Shown here: piece by piece, positions 38,328 through 51,930 of the stretch | Layout: each line of letters starts with the position of its first letter | How positions within the stretch are numbered: the stretch's first letter is position 1 | DNA from: Tubiluchus corallicola | Taxonomy: Eukaryota > Animalia > Priapulida | DNA: 64,000 bases | Assembly (NCBI GenBank): GCA_030141605.1 | Contig: JAQGDQ010000001.1 | Coordinates: 1,302,001 to 1,366,000 of the forward strand | Reading direction: 5' to 3' | Position numbers and translations under genes: made by a program | Notes under the pieces: model-generated | What the model was told of the DNA's origin: nothing | The model's input: only the letters and a program-made list of their open reading frames with translations | Databases searched by the model: none

Positions 38328-41300
38328 GTAAGCAGTCTGGGGCTGGGTTCAGTTTAATGTAACTTTACTGTAAATTGTTGTCTAGGTTTAAATTTATTCG
38401 GTCGGAGTTATAGTGTGCTGAATGTGGGTTATAAAATCAGCAACCAGTAAAACTAATCAGCAGCCATAGTTCATGTTAGTGTTGGTTAATAATATCGACT
38501 CTATGGAAACCGCTGAGATATGAATCACAAGCAGCCTGAAATGCTGTTTGACTTGTTTGTAAGAGGAAGACACTTGATATTAGAAATAGCCTTCCTCCAA
38601 AACCCTCTTGACAAATTCTCTATTTCTGGAAAATTAAGGTAGTAACAAACAGGTTATAGTTTGTTTATGATTACAAAGGTATTACTGTTGCATCAAGCCA
38701 TCAAAATTGTACTTTTCACTTATCAATTTTATAGTGGTCAACCTACATGAAAATTCTTGGCCTTGACTCTTTACAGGCCGCCTTGTTGTTAGTCAGCTAG
38801 TATACCCTTCTCACTATTGTCTTCCTATCTTCAGGCTGCAAAGATTTGATCAAATATTTACCAGAAGCAGTTACTAGCATGAAAGCAATCACTCAGCGAA
38901 ATCTGGGAATATTTTATCATTGTCTTTGAAATAATTTATATGAAATTATAAGTCAGTAGCCTAAATAATTCCCATTGTGGTCAAAACTCAAGAACAACTA
39001 ACCAAATTCGGTTACAAAACTATATCCTCATTGCATTTTTAAGATAGTAATGCATATAAACGAAAATGAATATAATTCCACCTCAATGAAAATATCAAAT
39101 TTCGACCTTTCCAAAACTTAATACAGTACCAGTAATTCCATTTTTCCTTGTGTGCCAGTATGTTAGTTCGGACCGTCTGATAAATTCAGGCCGTCTGCCA
39201 GTTTAGATATAATTCAATAAGCTAGATCGCGGAAAACGTAAAAAATTAATCTCTGTTATGAAAAATATTAGCTGTAATACAGTTCCGCTATAATTATTGA
39301 GAATTGTTGAAAAAAATAACGTTACTGTTATTGCTACCAGATGGCGCCACGGAGATTATGAAGACTGTGGTTGAGAGACTGGACTGATGTGTAGAGTGTA
39401 TTGTAAACGAACGTGAATGTCTAAGTCAAAAATATTATTAAAAATAATCATGTCTTTTACCGTAAAATTTGAATTATTGTAGTCTGAACGTTGTTTAATT
39501 GCTTGAATAAGTTGAAAGATAATGTAAGTTTATATGCCTTTAAGAAACTTTATAATTATCATAAACCTTATAGTTATAAGTTGTAAAGCTAAAGGAATGT
39601 TTGGTTGAGGTATCATCGATTACTTTGATTAGAGAATTGTGGTGTTTTGTTGACAGTACAAGAAGATTGATTGAATAGTTATCCTGTAACACCTTCGTGT
39701 TAGGCTGATGTGCATAGAGCATCTTGCTGCCTAGTAGGCCCTACTTATAATAATGTCTACATTGATTAGCAACAAAAACCTGTTTTGTGGTAACTTGAAA
39801 ATGCTAAGCTAGCTTAATTTTTAAATGGCAATAAATGTTGTTTGTCGCTTCCATTAGCCGGATTTAGCATTTTTCAGTTTTCACTAATAAATTTTGTACT
39901 AATGTATACAAGTAATTACATGCGTAAGTGTAATAACAACTTTGTAGATACATGAACTGCAGGCCAAACGGAAATGCTGCTTATATACCAACGGAATTTG
40001 AACATCGTGCAAACATCTTCACCCATGGGGTAGGCACTAAAGCAATACTTTTTATTTTTTCTATGATTGTGCAGTTAGGTTTGTTACTAAATTAGCTAAT
40101 CTAGTTTACTTGCTTTTCCTATTAAAGTAACTATAAGTTCATTGGCTACAACTTCGTATGCCTGCTATGCCAGTTTTTGAAAGTTATTAAGCCTATTTTT
40201 GTTGATTAGGTTACTTTTACAAATCGGATTGTACCGTGTATATCTTGTAATGTACGTTAATCATGCCTTTTTTATACCACAGTTTGATTTTGCTTTATAT
40301 AGGTGTTTATTTTGCCTAGCATTATTGGTCTAGGATTTTTGCTGGAGATATCTCATACTTTGGCTCAGTACCTAAATGCCCTTATTTATGGGTTGGCTTT
40401 AATTTCGCTATTCACAATGTCCACTGTATGGCATTCCATCTCATACACGGGACTTTTTAGGTAACTTATCTTGTATTGCATAAATTAATTTGCATAATTT
40501 AGTAAATGCAGCTTCTGCTCCCTTTCATTAATGATGCTTTGGCACTGCAGAGGCCAGGGTACTATTGTAATTGTAATTGTACTTCTGTGCTAATACTGAC
40601 CTATGACAATGGATTTTTATTTCTTTATATTGTGAAATTTTTAATAATTAATCATTTTCTTTACACTCGAAACATGTTTTTGCCAAAGCTCTATACTCAC
40701 AGTTTTATTCTTGATATTTGTTTCATGAATAAATTTTTATCTTGCAGGAATGTAAAAGATTTTTTCCACATAGGAGATAGAGCTGTCATATACATTTTCA
40801 TTGCAGCATCTTATACACCTTGGTGAGCAATAGTTCTTTAATAAAAATTACTGTAATTGAATCACCTGTTTTTAAAGTATTAAGTGAAAATTTTACCTGT
40901 ATGCCTAGGAATTTTTACAGAAAGTTGTATTCTTAACTTGGTTATGAGATTTATCTTAGTGGCCATTGTGTCCTGAAACTTCATGATGGACTTGACGGCC
41001 AAGTAAAAATATTTTAAAAATTGATAAAACAGAACTGATTATGTTTGGTTGTTTATAATGTTTACCTCATAATTAGCCAAAAACTTTGTCTGCATGACTT
41101 TCCTATTCCAAAATGCAACACTCACGCTTATGAGCGGCTACTGTAGCAAGCATTATCTCACCTGGGATTCTTAAAAAGTGAAACTGAATTATTTAATCAG
41201 TTGGTTATTTCAAATTGATTTGTTTGTTCTAGGTTAACATTAAAACCTTTAGCTCCCAATGGTGGACAGTGTTTATATGCTGTTTGGTTGATGGCACTAA

Positions 41301-44300
41301 TTGGAATGATGTACCAATATCTATACCATGAACGGTATCCAATTTAATCGAATCTTAATGTTTTCAGTTATATAATATATCTTTGCCATGTCTATAAAAT
41401 TGTAGTGCTGATGGTAGTTAAATCGAATATTGTGCCTTCAGATAAAGGGAACTAAGGGTCCTGAATATGATTGCATTTGGTACTTGGTGGCTTTTCTTAT
41501 CCTATTTTCTTCATAAAGTGTACAAGTTTAACAAGACATACAGGTATAGCTCAAACTGCAGAGCAATAATCTAAAATACACTTCCTGGCTATAGTATTAG
41601 AAAGCAACATATTAATGGTTAACGTGTTTGTTTTTAGGGTGTCGTATGTAGCGATCTAATGACCTAGAAAGTTTCAGTTCATGTACCTCAGTTTGTAGAC
41701 TTACAAAAACATTTTTCAAATTTCTACAGCAAGATAAATAGACTAAAAAATAGGCATAGCAAATGGGTACCGTGTCTGAACTATAAGTTGCTGCTATTGT
41801 GTCCTTGTAAAATAACTTTTGAGAAAAGTGTGGCCCTATTTTACTTAAAATTGCAGCCATAATGCTTCTTTCAACTGCAGCTTTTTTTTTGCACATTAAA
41901 GAATATCTTAATTGTGCACAAGTTCTTGAAATAAATTTGCCACATGCAGTATAATGCCAAGAAACCTAGCTAATCTTGTAAATGCCCAAAATCATCTAAA
42001 TTTTGTATTAAATGGCTTTCTTTGATGAGTACAACTTATTACAGGCACTTTACTGTGTGCCAGATTACACTTGATAGGATGTAGAGCTGCAATATAGGTT
42101 CGGAAAGCTGCAATTTTAGTTAAGAATGATTGCTTCCTACTGGTCTTGTCAGAAAATCCATAAATAAGTTGACATATATCAGGAAAATTAAGACAAATTA
42201 TCTGTCCCTCTGTTTATGTTTATTTTGTATAATCAGATTTAGCCTCAATAAATTTTAACAAATGGCCATGCTTTTGATGTGCATAGCATACTTTTGCATA
42301 AGATAATAATAGGGTTTTTCAAAGGTTATTCTTTATTTAAAAAATTTTGGAACCCATTTTATTTTCATAAAACAGTAAGAATATTGGTGAGTAAATCAGT
42401 TGTGTCAGTAATTTTAATTAAATATTATATGCTACTGATATACTTCACTCTGCAGAGCTATATTGTCAATTTGTCATAGCTAGCACATTGACGGCATGGT
42501 AATTTGGTTACTGTTTGTGCTTATCTACTAAGGCTAAATTGAGCCTGATTAGTGGGCAAATAGGTGACCACCATGAACTATTTCTGAACAGTTTTGTCAA
42601 TGAAATTGCTGTCAGCTAGTTACCTTTTTTGTGGAAGATGTATGCACATCCGAATGAAATTAAAGCAACTCTGTTGGATCCACATCTCACCTTAGTGAAA
42701 TTATCTGTTGATAATTAGCTAAGTTTTGGTCCGTGTCAGTTAAGTAAATTTCTGCCCATGAGTGCATTATTAGGTTGCAGGTTATGTAAAAAAGTGCAGC
42801 TGCAACTGAAAATATATCACTGCTCACATCTAAGTTTTCCTTTGCCATGCCATATTCATCAAAATTATCCTCACCAGTCACTTCTTCCAAGAAATGTACA
42901 GTTTTTTTAACTTTTATCCCTGTGTTGCTTTTTCATTATTTAGCTCACCTTTGAATTCAGTTTTGTATATAGAAAACCAAATTAATTACAAAGCTTATGC
43001 TTTTAGATACAAATGGCTGGAGACATTATTCTATGTTGTAATTGGCTGTTCACCAGCAGTGGCTTGGTTTTCAATGGTAAGCAAATACTCACTCTCTTTA
43101 ATTAAGTTGCTGATGTTGGATATTTTGTAACATGTGCAAATTTTCTCAGGATAAGTAAAGATCGTGCTCTATACCCTTGACGTATTTACTGAAGCTGTGT
43201 AAGTTATTAAATGAGTTTGTCCTCTCTTCTCTATAGCTACTATCAGACTAACACTAAACCTGGCCTACTAAGGAATTTAATAAATTGATTGTACCTTATT
43301 GACCAAATAGAATAAGTTGTACACATTCTGCTTACGCATAGCAAATCCAATTGCTTTAACATATGGCAGAGTTCTTGCATTTATAGCTTTGTACATATAT
43401 GTATGTATATACCACACTACTATAACTGTGTGCCACATTGAACAAATGACAGTTTTATCAAACATTCTTGTAAGTGCTTCAAACTGCATTATGTTCAAAG
43501 TCTTTCAAATGAATGCACAGCAAAAGACTGCTGTTTTGAAACTTTAGTCATTTTTTTCTGAATCTTAACTCAAATTTATTTAAGTGAAAATGCATTTAAA
43601 CAGTATTTTACTTTTTTTATAATCACAAATCTGGTAAATTTTTTGTACACTCAAAACTGTTTGAAATTTTATGTCATCACTTTTAACCCTAAATCTAAAA
43701 CTCCTGCAGTGACTGTTAGCCATTTTAGCAGTCAGTTGACTGCTAAGAAATTATATGAGTAATGATTTAGTGAATAGTGAATAAGCTATTTTTGTGTTTT
43801 TTAAAAGATGGATGAAAAACTAGTACATTAGATCACAAACTTTTTCATACTAAATAATAACATGCCATGATAATCTCAATAATAATTATTATGGTTTTGA
43901 CGTTTTGGTAGCTTTTTTGGCCATTCACTCAATCAGTTTAAATTACCAAGAATATCTTTTGTATTAATGAAAATCTTGTAAAGACGTATGACTGTGCATT
44001 GCATAATTTTTGTGGAATCTCTTTTAACACACAAGCCTGCTCCAAAATTATTGATCTTGCACCTATGTTTTGTGACAGTATGCAAATCTCGGTGTGTTGG
44101 TTGCCACTGTATTTCAACATCTAGTTATGCAGGCATTTTTAGTTGACATATTATGTTTTACAGATTGATAGAAGTGGAACGCTAGAAATGTCCATAGGTG
44201 GAATTATCTTCCTTTCTGGTATATATTTCTTCAAATCCGATGGACGGATACCCTGCGCTCATGCCATCTGGCATTTATTTGTTGTCGCTGGAGCTGCCTG

Positions 44301-44355
44301 CCACTACTATGCCATCTGTCAGTATCTTATGGTGCCAATACATTATAGGCATTGA
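38236..44355 (+). CDS. MMD: Monocyte-to-macrophage differentiation factor (MMD/MMD2, class III PAQR, haemolysin-III family), 7 exons, 256 aa
   Basis: In-phase GT-AG exons 38236-38327, 39948-40029, 40303-40460, 40748-40822, 41233-41334, 43007-43076, 44164-44355 (771 nt). PAQR motifs EHRANIFTH, STVWH, DRAVIYIFIAASYTPW, FFKSDGRIPCAHAIWHLFV. The first exon is less certain. Confidence 0.92.
39332..39350 (+). promoter_or_regulatory. CTCF-like motif in MMD intron 1, possible alternative promoter
   Basis: tgcTACCAGATGGCGCCAC resembles the CCACCAG(G/A)(G/T)GGCGC consensus. Confidence 0.4.
39948..40029 (+). CDS. MMD: MMD exon 2
   Basis: YMNCRPNGNAAYIPTEFEHRANIFTHG|GTAGGC. Confidence 0.92.
40303..40460 (+). 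CDS. MMD: MMD exon 3
   Basis: VFILPSIIG...IYGLALISLFTMSTVWHSIS. Confidence 0.92.
40748..40822 (+). CDS. MMD: MMD exon 4
   Basis: NVKDFFHIGDRAVIYIFIAASYTP|GTGAGC. Confidence 0.94.
41233..41334 (+). CDS. MMD: MMD exon 5
   Basis: LTLKPLAPNGGQCLYAVWLMALIGMMYQYLYHE. Confidence 0.92.
43007..43076 (+). CDS. MMD: MMD exon 6
   Basis: YKWLETLFYVVIGCSPAVAWFSM|GTAAGC. Confidence 0.92.
44164..44355 (+). CDS. MMD: MMD exon 7 (terminal)
   Basis: IDRSGTLEMSIGGIIFLSGIYFFKSDGRIPCAHAIWHLFVVAGAACHYYAICQYL...*. Confidence 0.94.
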   Translation: MDRSGTLEMSIGGIIFLSGIYFFKSDGRIPCAHAIWHLFVVAGAACHYYAICQYLMVPIHYRH

Positions 44356-44724
44356 TACACAGATTTTTAGTAATAAGGTAATCTAAATTGATATTTTGAA
44401 CCAGATGTAATATTGTCAATACATGTGTAATTGTTGCTCACTACTTTGATATTCTGGAATAAGCAGTTTTTTTATTTTTTCTTCATTAAGAAATCTGCTT
44501 GTGCAAAATCATTACATTACATATTCGCACCGTTGTTTTGAATATTAATGCTTCATAATTGGTAGCATTAATGGCAGCTTATTTCAGTTCAGTACTATTT
44601 GTTTTCAAATAGTACTATTGACCCTTTATTTTATTTGTGTCATTTTATTATACCAACTATGTATTGTGCCAAATTTGAATGATGCATTCCACAATTTCTA
44701 AAATGGCTGTAGTTCTTTAAGCTA

Positions 44725-45173
44725 GGGTTTCACAGGGACGTGACTTTTTTGCAATTGAAGTTTTCTAGATCCAATACTCACCAGCAAATTCATATGAGTG
44801 AGTTTTGCCACCAAGGTCACAAATCATTCATGTGACGTTACAAAAATTTCGAGAGATTTTTGCCACTTTTTGCAAATTTTGGGCTTTTTTCTTGGGTAAA
44901 AAACATGACAGTCTAGAAAATAGTTGACTGGTGTTGTGTATCTATAATAAAAATAAAGAGGTAGCTAAATAAAACTAGTCACAGTATTAATGATATTTTG
45001 GGAAACCTCTACTTCCCTTTGTCAGGTGACTTATAACTCAACTAATAATAAATGAAAATAACATTTTTTATGACAATGCAAACATGCATACGCATGCATT
45101 ATCCTGATGTGGAGCATATTTGTTGACCGATGAACATAGAAATTCTCAGATAATCTCACACTCTGTGAAACCC
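44725..45173. mobile_element. MITE-like element (~450 bp), possibly PIF/Harbinger type, downstream of the MMD stop
   Basis: 11-bp perfect inverted pair GGGTTTCACAG (44725-44735) and CTGTGAAACCC (45163-45173) with weaker similarity further inward. Confidence 0.5.
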
Positions 45174-48100
45174 AGTCTTTAGGAGTTACTGCGTTTGTAT
45201 TACTGTTTTTTTTTTGTTTAACATTGATTATACATAAAACTATAGTATATCTACAGATAAGAATTTAAAAAAAATATTTTGCAATGCTTGTAAAAATGAA
45301 GCAGTTGTAGAATAGAGACTGTAGTCATATACAGTAATTTGGTGTTTGCGTGGCCGTTCATTGGATTGAAAACATGCCTTCCAGTAGGAGAGAAGCATGC
45401 CGCAGTTGAACCCTAGATAATGCAGTGTAGTACTATATTTTGCCTGCATCGATTTATTAGAAACTTAATAGTAAGGGAGACAGTTTTACTATAATAAGAA
45501 ATTCCCTACTCCCTTAGTCTATGAACCGCAAGAATTACTACAAACACATATCACAAATAATGACAAATCGTAGATCTATGGTACATGTAGATAATTTAGA
45601 AAAATTGCTTTGGTATTTTTGCCAGTTAACTTTTCCAAGAATAAAAATGACTGAAAAAAAGAAATGGGCATTTTTGTGCAGGTGCTTTATTATTACTAAT
45701 TTTGAAAATTGGAAACTTAAAGGATTATACTTTTGAAAGCTTATGCCATGCTAACTAAATAATGTTTGTCTGCCTGAACTTGTTAAGTATCCAGAAATGT
45801 GAAGCGGCTTTCAGGTTAATGTAATTGATTCACCTCCATATGTCAATAGGCTTCTTTTAATGTGTTTATTTACTGAGTAAAGTGCAGGCAAATGCAATCT
45901 AGTTTGTTTTAGGAACTTAACATTACATTACAAGCTAATTACAAGTCACACATACAAGCTAATTACAATCATTAGTCAAACTATAATGAGATCTCAAATG
46001 ATCATGTAAGGCTTTGCTGTACTTCTGTAATTCTATAATGTTTATCGGTTACCCATTTCTTGAGCTTTTAGTAGTCAAGCTACTTAAGGTTTAAACTTGA
46101 TGCAAAATTTACAGTTTAATGTTTGTTAATGTTTAATATCTCGAGGATGTCAGGACGTAATTTTGTGCAGATACAAAGACACTTGACGTGTTTGAGTGAG
46201 ATGAAGTGTAACAACCTAGTCTAATTATTGTGATATCCTGTATTAAATGGTCAAAACTCTGGATGCAGCCATGAAATTACAGGCTCAGACAGGGTTATGT
46301 TTTATCTTTCTACACACGCATATAATATAATTTATGTAGAATATATGATTTATATAAAGCTTTTTAAAGATTAGCAATTATATTTCTGGTTGTATTTTAA
46401 GTATTAAATAATGTCAGTTTAATTAATAATGTTTTTATTTTATTATCATGTTACATGCTCTGTGAATGTATGCAATATTTATATTAGCCTAGCCTTACTG
46501 CCAACTGCAAGCTTTTTGATAGCATTTAAAATATATATAAATGAATTGTAACTATCACCATAAGCAAACAAGAAAAACCTATTCAGAATAAAGTTTAACA
46601 CATACATTACACAAGTCAAGAACACTGAGATTCTTTGTGTTTGACTTTACACATTTTGTGTCACAGGCCTTCGAAATTATAATTATTATAAATACACCCC
46701 GCTTTGTATGTAAGCAACATTGAAAGGTCAATCATCGTTTGAACTTCGTTTCAAATAAGTTTTATTTTAATGGATTTATAAATGCAATGTAATATGAACA
46801 AAAACTTAAGGATACGACTATTATAATGTTATTCACTCACAAGCTATCTAGGAATTGCCAGTAGTACTTGTCTGAGATGGGACTAGCTATTTGTTGATCT
46901 TCAAACAAACTGGAATTCCTTAGAGAAATTCAGTGAGCTAAATGTTCTACTTATAGTTGTCTAAATGTATTCAGGTGATCTTACGTTAGGACACATTGGA
47001 CATACATAGGCCTATTCTTGCACACCTTCACTGTTTACTCAATTTAATTATTGTTTGCCTTTGTCCATCAAGGATAAAGTCTGGTCTGTCACTGTATAAC
47101 TGTAAGAACTTGTCCTGTGTTAAATTATTAGCATTCTAAGCATATGCTATATAATGTATATTATGTGTTGAGTAGCTACAGATATCTGTTTTCGTCGCTT
47201 TCTCTGATATTTTGTTCACCAAACCCATTCTCGGCGTTGTATTAACTTATTAAACATTCATGTTTCAGTTGTATAATTATTATAACTTTGATCGAAATAT
47301 TTTGTATTCCAAAAAAGGCACGGTGCTTGATTCGTGTAGCGAACAACTATTTTTATAACTATAGTTGCCATAATAGGCTATTGCTGTTTTGCAGCTTAAA
47401 TTGTTGGTAAGTTGAATTGTAATAAACAAATTAATTCCCCAGTAGGTAAAAGCAGTTAACTGTCTGAAAATTATAAACAACCCTTTCCCCACCGGACCAG
47501 TTTTTTGAAATACTTTATTTATGATACATTGAATATTTATTACAACAGGAAGCATGAAAAATGAAGAATTTAGTCTTAAGCTGCTTGTTTTAGTTGACAT
47601 AAAACTTTCTGCATTGAAAAATAAAGACTTTATGTTTGGAGAATTTGTTCCTTTTTAATTACTTCATATTTAGGCATTAATACTGATATCAGTAAAATAG
47701 ACACTACTGGTATGAATGATATGTCTACTAAGTGATTAAGAATTTTTTTGTAAGAAAAGATGTACTCCATATCTGCACTGTATGTCCAACTCTGTGACAG
47801 ATATCACCACAACACTGGCAACATATCGCACCAAAGCGTCAGTCATCGGTAATGCGAGAATTCTACTGGTGTCAGCTATGCTCAAAAACTAAAATTGTCG
47901 TTGCAAATTTCAAACACATTTTAACAATGAAACTATACATTCCTAAAAACTATACCAACACCTATTAGATGTAATTTACTACTTCCTCCATAATATAATT
48001 TATCCGGGTTCGCGTTTATTTGTTGTCTAGCTATATGCAGTAGGAATTTATTTTCATTTCCCCCAACTTTCCAATCTTCATTCCGATGTTGTAGGCCTAC

Positions 48101-51100
48101 TTCCGAGACTCGAAATTGCTTAATATTGTGTGTTACACGAAATTTTGATATACCTATACAGCTTATTGCTATGGCTACAAGACGCTCACTCACTGCTTTT
48201 AGTGGCTACAGAGGCAACGCTGGCTACATTGGCTACAATACCTTTATATTTTCATTTAAAACTTGACTATTACACGCCTCCACAATAACTATGATGTGTT
48301 CATCGTCTCCTACTGTACAGGTTAAACCGGCATGGTTTATTTAATGCTGATGTTTGTAGTAAAACCAGAATTTGGCTTGTTGTAAAGGATAACCTGTTAT
48401 GATCAGTCAACAAGCAGAGGTATTGTGTGTCCATACGTGGAATCTGTAGGGCAAACGAAACCATCCACAGCGAGTATTGAATCCAGGTGATCAAGAAACA
48501 TTCATTTAGCAGCCTCAACATAGTTTCACTTCGGTCGAAAATCACATGCCTTGACAACTTAGCTATTCTCTTCGCCGCCGAATAGATAATGTGGCAAAAT
48601 TTGCAAAGTACATCCAGTATACCCTTCTTGTATAGCAAAGAATTGATGATGGTGTATAAAAGACAGTGTAACATTCCTGCCTACTGCTCTCCATGTAATC
48701 GCAGCCACGGGACATTTAATGATGAAATTTGTGATAATGTATTTCATTCTCTCTGCGACATCATCAACGGCCATTTAAACAGAAATTCATTTCCGCTTTA
48801 AGCAATCGGGGGCTTCATACGTGGAGTCCAATAGCGGAAATTATCTCATTCTGCAGCCGGAATTTTATTGTTGATTTGATTCTAACTGTGATTGACCCCC
48901 CGAAACGTTCAATGAATTGTAAATTTATTTTACAATTTTTTTATTGAAAAGTCATACCATTACTCAAGGCCAAACTGATTCAACATTGTACTGATCCGAA
49001 TTGTTGCGTTCGTGTTCGTTTACTTAAGACCTATTTACACGGTGCAATTTTTGCTTGCATGAGTCGCATCACTCAACACCTGTCTAATAAGCACGGTGTT
49101 TACGATGTGATTTTTTATGACTCTCGTGATAATTGCAGCATTGTGAGTCCGTGACACTGAAGTATCGTGCTCTGACAAAAGCGAATAATTCTACCAGTTA
49201 TCAATAATGCCATACTGAAGCAGTCAGTTCAGCGGCACTATTTTGAAATTGTCTTTGATGCCAATTTCCCATATCACATGCGTAACTATAACTGTGTTTT
49301 TATTTGATCTATTCAATTACACTATTATTGTGCTATAGCATATAATTATATGTGAAGACGCAGTTTAGTGACACCTCGTAAGCTCGTAGATAATCACGTG
49401 TTTCTTCTATATCTAAGTCTAATTCTCTTCTATACGAGTTTTTTAGTGTGCCATTCCAAAATTCTCGGGCATCATTGCGGTGTAGCTTTCACGTCTTATA
49501 TTGTAATTGTATAGGTCATTTTCTTGTTTTGATTATCAACACCATATGTCCAAATGCATATTATTTGCTGAATATCGTTGTAACAAGTAATAACCATTAT
49601 TTCGGTCAACATTGTGTACCTAATAATTAATGGCTTCTCGATGTTGCTACGAACAAACAGAACAAATGCTTTAAGTAAACTGAATATTTCAGCATTTGCC
49701 GTTTAGATACTGATAGGCTGCAATCTGAAACGTGAACGCACTGTATGTGCCCTACATGCTATTAAATCATCTCTAAATGTGTAGATTTTTTAATGATTTA
49801 TATATTTTAAACGAACGCGTATGTAAATTTCAACAATAAAGTTAATTGCTTTAGGTTTGCCAGATACGGTCTCCCCAATGGCATGTTCATTCCTAATTGG
49901 AAAGAAACCGACTATCATTACATTCCAGTGGGTAAAAGATTTACAACTTTACAATGTGCAATGCTATAGGGCTACAGAGAAGCTTCTCTTTTCGTAATAA
50001 CATAATTAGATTTGTGCGATACGCAATAAAACGTAATAAAATTACTCCGATAATTATAAGAGAGTAATTACAGTATATGTAATCCGTTCAACGAGTTTTA
50101 ATTGTGTGTCGCTTCTCCAGCGTCAAACATCATGATCCTGGACATACTCAAATTGGATATAGCCTTGGTTAGATGCTTGTATCTTGTTATTTAAAGCAGA
50201 CCCTTTTTGGCACTTTTAGTGTTGCAGTATTAACATCACACGAAATTTTTATTATACCAGCATTCTTTTATTTCCTTATTTCATTCGAAACAGCTTGTAA
50301 AAATCATGATGCAGAAATTCCCGTGCTATATACACTTTACATACAAATTAATGATACTAACAATTTTCAAGTTTAAATATTTCTCAACGTACTCGATTCA
50401 GTGTACAAAATTTTTATGCGGTTTTTGTACGGCAGAGAATGCGGAAAAACAAAAAAGGTTTTCCAAAAAACAACACTAATTAGGAATACCTGATACTCTG
50501 AAATCCAGTTGCGTATAATCCTGAACAAAATGCTAGAAAAAAGAAAAGATTGCGGTCCGTCTACTGCTACAGGCATGCTGCTGTCATTTAATTTAAAGGA
50601 AAATCGGGCCCCATCTTAAACTGTAGGTCAAAACAATCTACTCTTTATAATATTGAAATGGAACTTACTATTTTTTCAAAAATGACTTACGTGAAAAAAT
50701 TATTATAAACGCAATTTCGCTTTCGCGCCACTAATTCTTCGCTGTTACATACATTTCACCATTCGCTGGTTAGATGGGCACTAGCGCCTGCATTTCTCAA
50801 AAGTGTTGTTCAAAAAACAGGTGCTGTACCTCTCAGTTCACAGGTGTTCGTTTGTGACGTAGTACATACGCTCGACGGCTCATGCGTGAACACAACAGTA
50901 AATTTGAAATTTCTATTATTATTTTAAAATTTGCCGAGTCTTAGTACAACACACTGGATCTCTTACAGTAGCACTGTATTTTAATCTTCGCTTTCGCAAA
51001 CACCTACAACATGCTATTGAAAATTATGTTCATTTATGACGTCATTAATAGTTGGGCTCGCTCGCCGTCAATTAAGATTTTGAATTTATTATTTAATTAT

Positions 51101-51599
51101 CAAAACGTTTTTGCAGTATAATTGGTGTTAAAATGTATACTTTTTACCGTGCTTGAAAATGGGGTAGGATATGAAAAATCATCCTGTCTTTGTTTAAAAT
51201 TAGGCATTATCGTGGTCACTAATTAGAAGAAAATCTAAGTTTACAAATGTCAATTGCTTAAAAAGGTACCTTTGTTACCGCATGTACGTATTAATTCGTT
51301 TTCCAAGGTAGTAAAACATTTGAGAAGACGAGTCTTCATGTCTTGTGACATTGTCTAGTTCTTAGTTATGAACGTAATAAGAGAGAAGAAATTAAATTAT
51401 TTGATACAGGATATTATCTTGACGTTAAGATTATTCTTCCTTAGTTGCTACTGGCCTTGATGCGCAAATAAGTGAAATAATATATAAGGTGGATAATAAT
51501 GATGGTGATGCTGATGATGATGAATGATCATGATGATCATGGTAGTAAAACAGTACTACAGACATCGTCTGCTGGACATTACGAAAGAAATATATTTGA

Positions 51600-51930
51600 T
51601 GGGCCTCCGTCACCCAAGTCACCTCTATACAGATGACGTTTGGAAAGTAATCCACTCACCTCCAGCCTACCTTCATTGAGACTTTACACGTACATTTGTG
51701 GTGAAAACTACAACAATTTATGCCATACCATAATAAACACGCAACTGTGGCCACCCAGAGGTGACATTTGTGTTTTTGTCAAACGAGCATGCATCCTTCA
51801 AAATTGGGTTTGCCTTTCGTGATATGCTACAGCTTACCAGCTGCTCAAATTCTTTCCTGGGAATTTCTCGAATTTTACCTCTACCTAAAGTTCTCCAAAT
51901 ATTATGGAAGCCGCAGACCATGACTACAAG
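51600..51930 (-). mobile_element. Highly degraded PIF/Harbinger-like transposase relic
   Basis: Minus-strand peptides GFHNI..EL, RKEFEQLVS...ISRK...LKDA, VT...AT and FPNVIC occur in the order expected for a Harbinger transposase N-terminus. Confidence 0.35.
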
